Origin: an uncultured archaeon
Lineage (GTDB): Archaea > Altiarchaeota > Altiarchaeia > IMC4 > SCGC-AAA252-I15
Direction of reading: 5' to 3'
Length of the DNA stretch: 42,149 bases
Assembly: GCA_964423225.1 (NCBI GenBank)
Contig: CAYREE010000003.1
Span: 1-42,149 of the forward strand
Shown here one piece after another: positions 16,823-24,927 of the stretch; the first letter of the stretch is position 1; every line of letters starts with the position of its first letter. Made by a program: the position numbers and the translations under genes. The notes under the pieces are model-generated. The model saw nothing but the letters and a program-made list of their open reading frames with translations, did not search any database and was not told the DNA's origin.

Positions 16823-18226
16823 TTAGATGTTACAGATAAAATTAACGCCAGTCCTTATTAAAGAGGGTAGCTCGCGTACTCCAAAGATGCGCAACATATT
16901 TGTAATAGACCTAGGACGCAGATAAAAACGCCTATAAGCCTTATTTCTTGCCGATTCAAGATCCATATCCTTTGAAATCACATTATTTGCATACTCGAAT
17001 GAATCCCAGCTTTTCCCATCTAAATCATCTTTATGTCGTTCATACAAAGGGGACCCTGGAAACGGTGTAGCAACATAGTATTCCGCAAAATCCAGGGGAA
17101 GATCAAGGGAAAACCTTAGAGTCTGCCGGATTGTATCTATATTCTCCCCAGGTAAACCGAACACAAAATGGCCGACCGTCGCAATCCCTGCATCATGAGC
17201 AAGTTTGACTGCCCTCTTAGAATCTTCAACCTTTATCCCTTTTTTAATATTGTCAAGCACTTCCTGGCTGGACGACTCTAATCCAAATGATATCATCCAA
17301 CATCCAGAAGCCCTCATCAGCTCAAACATTTCGGCATCAACAGTATCCACCCTACTATTACAGAACCATCTGACATCCAATCCTTCATCAATGATCGCCT
17401 GACAAAGGTCTAATACATGTGATTTATCAAGTGTGAAAGTTTCAGCGAAAAAATATAGATCTCTGACCCCAAGTTTCACAGCATGCTTGATCTCCCGGAT
17501 AATGTCTTCAACACTCCTTTTCCTGTATTTCCGACCATAGTAGAATGGGGCCACACAAAAACTACATTCAAATGGACAACCCCTACCAGTCGTGATCAAT
17601 ACATACTTACGACCGAAGACTGGTACTTTATAATTAGACAAGTCAACAAGATCCCAGGCTGGAAGCGGCAGACAAGACAAGTCCATAGCCGACCTTGATG
17701 GATTTTTAATTAGCCTTCCATTCTTGACATATGCAATTCCCGTGACTTTTTCAATCGGTTTAGAAACAAGGTCTTCTAGGGTAGATTCCGGTTCTCCGAA
17801 AATAACTCCATCTACATGACCATGATTTAGAACAGTCTCCCATAGGCTTGAAGCATGGACACCATAGACAAATACCCTACAATCCACTAGCTCACGGATT
17901 CTAGATATGAAATCCATATCATGCAGGAAAGTTGGCGTAGTAGTATTTAAGACAATCAAGTCCGGTTTGAACGATTTGATTTCATCAAGGACTGAAGACT
18001 CAATCATTGAAGCCCCCATAGCATCTATCAGCTTGACATCAGCAACATCCCTGATCATTGAGGCCATATATGCGAGTGTCATAGGAGGATAGACCGATGA
18101 GAAAACAGCTGCCTTATGCTGGCAACGACCTTCTTTCACATACAAGGATTCTGCCGGAGGGTTCAGTAATAATAGCCTAATTTTACACCACCCATAAACG
18201 AGTATAAATGGATTATTATACCTCAA
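16823..18226 (-). CDS. B12-binding-domain radical SAM enzyme (class B rSAM)
   Basis: The N-terminal Rossmann-like IRLLLLNPP...PPMTLAYMAS...DLIVLNTTTP is a cobalamin-binding-domain pattern. TTGRGCPFECSFCVAP is the CxxxCxxC rSAM cluster motif. The start codon is uncertain: the track uses the TTG at 18224-18226 and there is no in-frame ATG near the N-terminus. Confidence 0.8.
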   Translation of the reverse strand: MRYNNPFILVYGWCKIRLLLLNPPAESLYVKEGRCQHKAAVFSSVYPPMTLAYMASMIRDVADVKLIDAMGASMIESSVLDEIKSFKPDLIVLNTTTPTFLHDMDFISRIRELVDCRVFVYGVHASSLWETVLNHGHVDGVIFGEPESTLEDLVSKPIEKVTGIAYVKNGRLIKNPSRSAMDLSCLPLPAWDLVDLSNYKVPVFGRKYVLITTGRGCPFECSFCVAPFYYGRKYRKRSVEDIIREIKHAVKLGVRDLYFFAETFTLDKSHVLDLCQAIIDEGLDVRWFCNSRVDTVDAEMFELMRASGCWMISFGLESSSQEVLDNIKKGIKVEDSKRAVKLAHDAGIATVGHFVFGLPGENIDTIRQTLRFSLDLPLDFAEYYVATPFPGSPLYERHKDDLDGKSWDSFEYANNVISKDMDLESARNKAYRRFYLRPRSITNMLRIFGVRELPSLIRTGVNFICNI

Positions 18227-18290
18227 ATAATTCCATAAATATATAATACTATATAGTATATGTTAGATAGTTTAATGAGTGTAAGCTAAA

Positions 18291-18869
18291 TTGAATAATA
18301 TCCACAGAAATATTGTATTAACAATCATACTAGCCATACTGATTTCTATAGGATGTATTTCGTATATGAAAAGTGATTTGGGGGTAGCAGACGATCTTCA
18401 AACCGTGATTAACGACGCCCTTAAAGACAAGAATGTGAAATACTGTTTTGACAGGCTGGGTGACAATAAGATTGACGTGGGAACCTGCATAATGACTGTT
18501 GCAAAAAACCTTAGTAATCCAAGGATATGCAATCAGTTCTGGAGTGTTGAAACCATGTCAGAATGCCTTTTTGAAGTCGCTAAGATACAGGAGAATGCTC
18601 AACCATGCGAACGGATCCCTTTTGACTCACCATATAAGTCAAAATGCAAATCTTATTTGAAGAATATCGCGGTTGATAAAATGAAGGTCGTAATGTGTAA
18701 GAAACTGATGGGTGAAGACAAGAACGATTGTCTGATAAGGATTGGCGAAAAGAGAAAAAGTGCGAGAATATGCACCAAACACTTTAAGAAAGGAACAGAG
18801 ATTCATACAACATGCCTATCTCGTGTAAAAGAGGCTAAAGAATCGGAAAAACAATTAGAAAATACTTGA
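18291..18869 (+). CDS. Predicted lipoprotein with five Cys-pair repeats (same family as 6820..7437)
   Basis: TTG start. The hydrophobic LTIILAILISIGC has a lipobox-like IGC (Cys22). Cys pairs at 52/66, 80/92, 106/119, 136/147, 161/175, with C-(I/L)-x3-(V/I)-(A/G) after the second Cys. Confidence 0.65.
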   Translation: MNNIHRNIVLTIILAILISIGCISYMKSDLGVADDLQTVINDALKDKNVKYCFDRLGDNKIDVGTCIMTVAKNLSNPRICNQFWSVETMSECLFEVAKIQENAQPCERIPFDSPYKSKCKSYLKNIAVDKMKVVMCKKLMGEDKNDCLIRIGEKRKSARICTKHFKKGTEIHTTCLSRVKEAKESEKQLENT

Positions 18870-18923
18870 TTCTTTACTTACTGTCAGTAATATTAAAAAA
18901 GTCTATATAAGATTCATGATAAG

Positions 18924-20045
18924 ATGGGGAAAAAAATGAAAAAAGAGGGATTGCATGCTCTAGTATCCAAAAAAAAGGATAAATCCAAGGATAAAGACCA
19001 TTCATTTCAAGAAATGACCAAGACAGCGATAATCATCTTAGGTATCGCTATCATAGCTGTGATCTTCTTCTATCCAGGATCGGTTTCCCAGGATGATGAG
19101 GGTACCCAGGAGATAACCACAGATACCACTATTTCAGGCAATAATCAACAAACAATACAGAACAATCCACTAACAAAAGAGGAACAGATAAAAACCCAGA
19201 CAGGAAAAGAATCAAGCACAACTCAAGTAGAACAAATACAAAGAGAGGATGAGAATCTAAATGCTTCTCGCATATACAGTCCATATAAGATATTCAAGGA
19301 TATATACTGGATCGACGCACCAGGAAATATCCGAGCCCGAGGAGCATATGCTTTAAACACTTCAAAAGGATTTGTACTCATAGACACAGGATGTAACAAA
19401 GGATTAAAACAGCTAATAAAAAACCTGAAGACGATTGGAGTGAACCCAAACAAGATATTCCATGTATTAAACACACATGGCCACGGCGACCACTGTGGAG
19501 GAAATGAATACTTCCAGAAAAAAGGCGCAAAGATAGTCATACACGAAGATGATGTCGAAGCTCTTCAAACAGGTGATGAACAATTATACTGCAAATATTG
19601 CTGTCCTAAAGGGCTTAACCCGGTAACACCAGACATAATACTAAAAAACAGGCAGAAACTCAATTACAAAGACAAAAAATTAATTGTAAAATACTTTCCA
19701 GGACATACGCCAGGCAGCGTGATATTTTTGTTTAGAACCAATTACTCAAATAGTAGTATAAACATCTACTTCACAGGCGATACACTTCTCGGACCAGGAT
19801 GGTATGCGCATTGGCTAGGAAATAAATATTCAAACCTCACCCAATTCGCATCATCAGTAAAAAGACTTGAAAAAGAGACATTAAAAGATCCAGAAGATGA
19901 TAAATATCTGATCATCCCAGGCCACATAAAACCACATAAAGAATGGACATTCAAGATAACCGATAGAACCGATTTCCTAAAAAACCTGAAGGTAATCCAT
20001 AAAAAGATACTATTAAGGAAAAATGCTACAGGAGATATTCTATGA
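18924..20045 (+). CDS. Membrane-anchored metallo-beta-lactamase-fold hydrolase
   Basis: N-terminal basic segment plus one TM (TAIIILGIAIIAVIFFY), a Thr/Gln/Glu-rich linker, then an MBL domain with GFVLIDTG and the HxHxDH motif NTHGHGDHCGG. Confidence 0.8.
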   Translation: MGKKMKKEGLHALVSKKKDKSKDKDHSFQEMTKTAIIILGIAIIAVIFFYPGSVSQDDEGTQEITTDTTISGNNQQTIQNNPLTKEEQIKTQTGKESSTTQVEQIQREDENLNASRIYSPYKIFKDIYWIDAPGNIRARGAYALNTSKGFVLIDTGCNKGLKQLIKNLKTIGVNPNKIFHVLNTHGHGDHCGGNEYFQKKGAKIVIHEDDVEALQTGDEQLYCKYCCPKGLNPVTPDIILKNRQKLNYKDKKLIVKYFPGHTPGSVIFLFRTNYSNSSINIYFTGDTLLGPGWYAHWLGNKYSNLTQFASSVKRLEKETLKDPEDDKYLIIPGHIKPHKEWTFKITDRTDFLKNLKVIHKKILLRKNATGDIL

Positions 20046-21811
20046 AGAAAAAAACCGAGAACAAGACGAAACCAAACAAAACATGGAAGAAGACAGCGTA
20101 TGTAATCGGTACAATATTCGCCATAGTATCAATCATTGTTCTGGCAAAAACACTGACAAACAATCCAATACAAGAAGAGAAAAAAGTCAAAACCCTAATT
20201 CTCGGAGTGGACGGCGCAGAATGGGACGTAATAATGCCGATGATAAAAAAGGGAAAGCTTCCGAACATTGGAAAGCTCATGAATTCAGGATATTATGGAG
20301 ACCTAGTCTCAGTTCAACCACTACTATCCCCACCAGCATGGGGATCTGCAATAACAGGCATGATGCCTGAAAAACACGGTGTAAAATACTTCTACGCATG
20401 CTCAGACGGAACGCCAGGCAGAGACTGTAAGGGAAGAGGGAAAGTCCATCAAATAGACTCCACATTCCTCAAGACAAATACATACTTTGATGTGATCAGC
20501 GAAATGGGGGGTAAACCCATGATCATGTATATCCCATTTGTCGGATTCCCAGTATGGGAAGTAAACGGGATAATGATCGGCCTTCCTAAAATAGGGAACA
20601 GGCCCGAGATCAAGGAAAGGTTTAAAGTCTATCCTGAAACGCTTCTTTCCGAACTTCCAGAGGATATAATTCATCAGATGGGGTGCATATTCGACAAGAC
20701 ATTAGCAGACATAAAATTGAACAAGACGTGCAATGGCGATGATCTGCTAAAAGATGAGAATTTTAAAATGGCTTTAGATAGTTACAGCCAACTCAATAAC
20801 AATGCTGACAATTGGAGTGTGAGAAATGACCAGGTATTTTACCGACTCTATAATGTGAACCGAAAGAAGAATGTGGCAAAATACTTGATGGATAACTATG
20901 ATTACGATAATTTCATGATAGTGTTCGATGAAGGCGATTATATGCAACATCTGTTCTGGAGATATTCCGATGAAGGACATCCAGGATACGATCCAAAATT
21001 CAAGGATAAACACGATATGCTTATAGAATATATGTTCGTTGAACTAGACCGGATTATTGGAGAGCTATTGGAGGATGCAGGTGAGAACACTGTCGTATAC
21101 ATGGTGTCGGATCATGGTTTCAGACAGACATTCCACATACATATGGAGCCGCTATTAAAAATGATTAGCCAGACGCTCGGACAAGATATCACATTCTGTA
21201 TTAAAAACGATAATGTGAAATACAGACTTTTCAATGAGATAGCCAGGATACCATTATGCCATGGAAAAGACGTTGAAGAAGATGCAAAAGATATAAGCGA
21301 GCTTAGAAGGCTTTTGAAAAACGTCAAGTTCAAGGAGTCTGGGATGCCAGTATTTGACAGGCTTAATACAGCAAATTCACCGAAAATAGATTATTATGCG
21401 AAAATCAATATGCATGGATTTTACGGGATGGGAAACACACGAATCCTTATCGATGGTGAGTTCGAGGATAGTGAAATAAAGATCTATGACATGGTGAATT
21501 TAGAGACGCGCTCCGGAGCCCATAACAAGACTGGAGTATACATTATAAACGGTCCGATGATTAAGAAGGGTTCAAGTACCAAGGATATCATAGACATCGC
21601 TCCAACAGTCCTTTATTCCATGGGCTACCCAATACCCCGATACATTGATGGAAAAATCATAATCAATGCATTCAAAGACGATTTTATTGGGGAAAACGAG
21701 ATAAGAAAACTCAAAATCAATATGACAAGAGATGTTGAACACATTAGTTGGGGAGACAGTAAGCTTGAAAAAGAGATGCTTGAAACATTAAAATCATTAG
21801 GCTATGTATAA
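20042..21811 (+). CDS. Membrane-anchored type I phosphodiesterase / nucleotide pyrophosphatase-family enzyme (alkaline-phosphatase superfamily)
   Basis: N-terminal TM (YVIGTIFAIVSIIVLA), LILGVDGAEWD, LLSPPAWGSAITGMMPEKHGV (nucleophile loop plus HG), MVSDHGF (metal site). ATGA overlap with the MBL gene. Confidence 0.75.
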   Translation: MKKKTENKTKPNKTWKKTAYVIGTIFAIVSIIVLAKTLTNNPIQEEKKVKTLILGVDGAEWDVIMPMIKKGKLPNIGKLMNSGYYGDLVSVQPLLSPPAWGSAITGMMPEKHGVKYFYACSDGTPGRDCKGRGKVHQIDSTFLKTNTYFDVISEMGGKPMIMYIPFVGFPVWEVNGIMIGLPKIGNRPEIKERFKVYPETLLSELPEDIIHQMGCIFDKTLADIKLNKTCNGDDLLKDENFKMALDSYSQLNNNADNWSVRNDQVFYRLYNVNRKKNVAKYLMDNYDYDNFMIVFDEGDYMQHLFWRYSDEGHPGYDPKFKDKHDMLIEYMFVELDRIIGELLEDAGENTVVYMVSDHGFRQTFHIHMEPLLKMISQTLGQDITFCIKNDNVKYRLFNEIARIPLCHGKDVEEDAKDISELRRLLKNVKFKESGMPVFDRLNTANSPKIDYYAKINMHGFYGMGNTRILIDGEFEDSEIKIYDMVNLETRSGAHNKTGVYIINGPMIKKGSSTKDIIDIAPTVLYSMGYPIPRYIDGKIIINAFKDDFIGENEIRKLKINMTRDVEHISWGDSKLEKEMLETLKSLGYV

Positions 21812-21816
21812 AACCA

Positions 21817-23364
21817 TCAGGGTACATAATAAATAACAGACTTCCTCGCTATCTGATTCTTTTTAATCTGCTTTTTTGCATCCCTAATATTCTTTTTCTT
21901 AACCGAGTCGAATACTTTTGTCCAAGCGTCAGGGATACTCCTCAAACATTTTTTACTCGCTATTAACTTCTTCGCCTTCGGGGGTCTAAGATTATCCAAG
22001 AGTATATATGCATCCGATACTTTCTTACAATTAAGATTTTTTAACGACCTTGCTTCAAGACTAGAATCTCCCCCAGAATATATGTCAATCCAGTATCTGG
22101 CTAACTCTGAAGCATAGACAACACCCTGCTTATCATTAAGGAAAACAGCGGCTTCATGCATTCCATAAGTCCTCGTAGAATCAAAAAGCCAAAGCCTATA
22201 AGTCACAAATAAAGAGCTTAAAATAAGGGAAAAAATTAAAAGTTGTATGAATAATCGCCCCCTCTCAGAACTCCGATATAACATAATCATTGCACGAGAC
22301 ATAAGGATCGAGGCTACTGGCATCAATATCGACAAGTATCTCGCATCACGGTGTAGAAACTTAATAGGGCTAATGCTCTGCAAACCAAAATTCAGATAAA
22401 ATGCTAGGACAAAAAACCAGATGAGCAGGTATACAGTTGACTTATCTTTTCTAAGAAGGATATAAAGCAGTGATAAAACGATAACATACCCGTAAAAACC
22501 ATATAAAGGCGCTCTAATAAACTTAAAATCACCCATAAATCTATCAAGATTAAGTTCATATGAATCCGGTTCGACTGAGAATAGAATACGAGGATAGAAG
22601 ATAAGAAAATCCCTATTAGCGTTTGCATTATAATAATCTTGGATTGCCTTGAAATTATCTGCTGGATTTATACCATGGACTAAATAGACTGTTATCTGCA
22701 ATGTGAAGATTATCAAAAATCCGAGTACGAAATAACCAAGTCCGATCTCAATCCTCTTTGATACAGCATACCGATACAAACCAATGGCTATTACAACGAA
22801 TATGAAGAAGGCTCCTGAGAGTTTCACTAGATAGGCTATGCCAGAGACTAATCCTGAGATAAGAAGATTAAATGACATGTTTTGCCCATCCTTTAATCCC
22901 CGTAATAAAAAAAATGCTGACAAGGTCATATAAAATTCCAGGGGAATATCAGGCATAATCCAGGTAGCCCAAATAATATTGAAAGGTACAAGTGAGATAA
23001 AAAAGGCTGCGAGAAGAGATGTGTCCTCATCATAATAGAGTCTTGAGATCTTATAGACCAGGGGTATCAATAGCAGTGAAAATATCAGAGACTGTGAAAC
23101 AAGAACCCATACATTCATGCCAAAAACCTTCACTAATATATATAGTGGGAAGATCAGCATGATACGACTGCCAAAAACACCTGTAAGTTCATTCAAATCA
23201 AATTCTTCATCCAGGGTATAGAGTATCCGGATATATTCAAAGGTATCACTCAAGTTGACTCCAACAAAAAAATAAAGCCTTACCAGAAGAGAGACCAATA
23301 CAATCAATGATAAGATGATCAATACCTTCGAATCCTGTAAACGTTTCTTTTTATCTTTCATCAT
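21817..23364 (-). CDS. GT-C-fold polytopic glycosyltransferase (PMT_2/ArnT-like), paralogue group 1, tandem copy B
   Basis: 515 aa; LLVRLYFFVGVNLSDTFEY, ATWIMPDIPLEFY, C-terminal ...SVIYYVP. Collinear with 23367..24920 over its full length. Confidence 0.75.
   Translation of the reverse strand: MMKDKKKRLQDSKVLIILSLIVLVSLLVRLYFFVGVNLSDTFEYIRILYTLDEEFDLNELTGVFGSRIMLIFPLYILVKVFGMNVWVLVSQSLIFSLLLIPLVYKISRLYYDEDTSLLAAFFISLVPFNIIWATWIMPDIPLEFYMTLSAFFLLRGLKDGQNMSFNLLISGLVSGIAYLVKLSGAFFIFVVIAIGLYRYAVSKRIEIGLGYFVLGFLIIFTLQITVYLVHGINPADNFKAIQDYYNANANRDFLIFYPRILFSVEPDSYELNLDRFMGDFKFIRAPLYGFYGYVIVLSLLYILLRKDKSTVYLLIWFFVLAFYLNFGLQSISPIKFLHRDARYLSILMPVASILMSRAMIMLYRSSERGRLFIQLLIFSLILSSLFVTYRLWLFDSTRTYGMHEAAVFLNDKQGVVYASELARYWIDIYSGGDSSLEARSLKNLNCKKVSDAYILLDNLRPPKAKKLIASKKCLRSIPDAWTKVFDSVKKKNIRDAKKQIKKNQIARKSVIYYVP
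22916..22945. repeat. 30-nt block identical to 24466-24495 (GCTGACAAGGTCATATAAAATTCCAGGGGA on the + strand)
   Basis: Direct comparison of the two tandem GT-C genes shows the same offset (1550 nt) for a second identical 17-mer (23003-23019 and 24553-24569). Confidence 0.85.
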
Positions 23365-23366
23365 TA

Positions 23367-24920
23367 TCAGGGTACATAATAGATCACTGACCTTCTTAAT
23401 ATCAGATTCTTCTTGACCTTCAAATCATTGGTGATAACAGATGATTGCTTAGTGGAATCAAATACTTTCTCCCAATCAGAGGGAGAATTCTTCAAGCATT
23501 TTTTCCGGGATATAACGTTCTTTGTCTTAGGCGGGCGTAGATTATCAACGAGTACATATGCATTTGAGACCTTGTTACAATTAAGCTTCTTAATACCCTT
23601 GAAGGTCAGATTATGTTCTTTTCCACTATAGGTTTCGATCCACTGGCGAGCCATCATAGAGGTATATATCACTCCGTTCTTCTCCTTAATGAAATCAAAT
23701 GCCAACTGCATCCCATATGTCCTTGTTATGTCAAAAAGCCATAAACGATGAGTGACATACAATGAGCTTACGATAAGAAAGATAAAAATGATTGCTGTAA
23801 GATATCTGCCATTCCTAGAACTCCTATAAACTGTTATCAAGAAACGAGACATGATGATGATTGCTACCGGCATAAGGATTGATAAAAACCGGGCATCACG
23901 GTGAATAATCTTGAAAGTCTTCAAGCTTTGTATCCCAAAATTCAGGTATAAAGCCAATACAAACAACCATATTAGAAGCGGTATGGTCGACGTATCACGT
24001 TTATAGATTAGATAAAGAAGGGACAATACTATCACATAGCCAAACAATCCGTAGAGAGGAGCTCTTATAAAACCAAAATCACCGAAATACCTGTCGATAT
24101 TCAATGTGTTTGTTTCAGGATCGATTGAAAACAATATCAATGGATAATAGAATAAATGCCCACGATTAGCTCTTACCTCATAATAATCCTGGATATTCGA
24201 ATAATTCTTGACAAGATCAATACCTGAATAAATATATGCGCCCATCTGAAGCAGGAATATCACTAAAAAACCAATGAAAAAAAAGCTTAGTCTCCATTCA
24301 ACCTTCCTTTTAACGAAATAATTATATACTCCAAAAGCGATTACAACAAGGATGAAAAAAGCTCCAGTAACCTTTGTTAAATATGCGATACCAGTGAAAA
24401 ACCCAGATATAAGAGAATATGAGGAAAGCCTATCCTCATGCTTAAAACCCTTTAATAAAAAGAAGGCTGACAAGGTCATATAAAATTCCAGGGGAACGTC
24501 AGGCATAAGCCAAGAAGCCCAGATAATGTTAAACGGGATTAATGATATTAAGAAGGCTGCGAGAAGAGAGGTCTCCGTGTCATAATAAAGACGCGATAAT
24601 TTATAGACAAGGGGTATTAACAACAATGAGCATACCATCGACTGGGATACTAACAACATTATATTAACGCCAAAAATCTTTGTAAGGAGAAAAGGCGGAA
24701 TAATCATCATAATCCTACTTCCAAAAAGCCCAGACAAATCTTTAATCTGGAAATTCTCTTCAAGCTCATAGATTATCCTAAGATAAGTGTAGGAATCACT
24801 AAGGTTGATGCCGATAAAATAATAAAGACGAATAAACAAGGAGACTATCATAATCAATAAAATGATGTAAAAAGCATTCAAACCACTACCTTGTTTCTTC
24901 ACGGATTTATTAGATTTCAT
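23367..24920 (-). CDS. GT-C-fold polytopic glycosyltransferase (PMT_2/ArnT-like), paralogue group 1, tandem copy A
   Basis: 517 aa; LFIRLYYFIGINLSDSYTY, ASWLMPDVPLEFY, C-terminal ...SVIYYVP. A 2-nt spacer separates it from the downstream copy. Confidence 0.75.
   Translation of the reverse strand: MKSNKSVKKQGSGLNAFYIILLIMIVSLFIRLYYFIGINLSDSYTYLRIIYELEENFQIKDLSGLFGSRIMMIIPPFLLTKIFGVNIMLLVSQSMVCSLLLIPLVYKLSRLYYDTETSLLAAFLISLIPFNIIWASWLMPDVPLEFYMTLSAFFLLKGFKHEDRLSSYSLISGFFTGIAYLTKVTGAFFILVVIAFGVYNYFVKRKVEWRLSFFFIGFLVIFLLQMGAYIYSGIDLVKNYSNIQDYYEVRANRGHLFYYPLILFSIDPETNTLNIDRYFGDFGFIRAPLYGLFGYVIVLSLLYLIYKRDTSTIPLLIWLFVLALYLNFGIQSLKTFKIIHRDARFLSILMPVAIIIMSRFLITVYRSSRNGRYLTAIIFIFLIVSSLYVTHRLWLFDITRTYGMQLAFDFIKEKNGVIYTSMMARQWIETYSGKEHNLTFKGIKKLNCNKVSNAYVLVDNLRPPKTKNVISRKKCLKNSPSDWEKVFDSTKQSSVITNDLKVKKNLILRRSVIYYVP
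24466..24495. repeat. 30-nt block identical to 22916-22945
   Basis: See 22916-22945. Confidence 0.85.
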
Positions 24921-24927
24921 TAACAGC

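Noticed and set aside
20023-20370. 115-aa ORF (20023..20370, +) and 84-aa ORF (20026..20280, -) at the MBL/phosphodiesterase junction.
   Set aside because: Both overlap the 5' end of the phosphodiesterase gene in other frames. Their translations are low-complexity (Arg/Asn/Ser-rich or hydrophobic), whereas the 20042 frame gives a clean TM anchor followed by family motifs.
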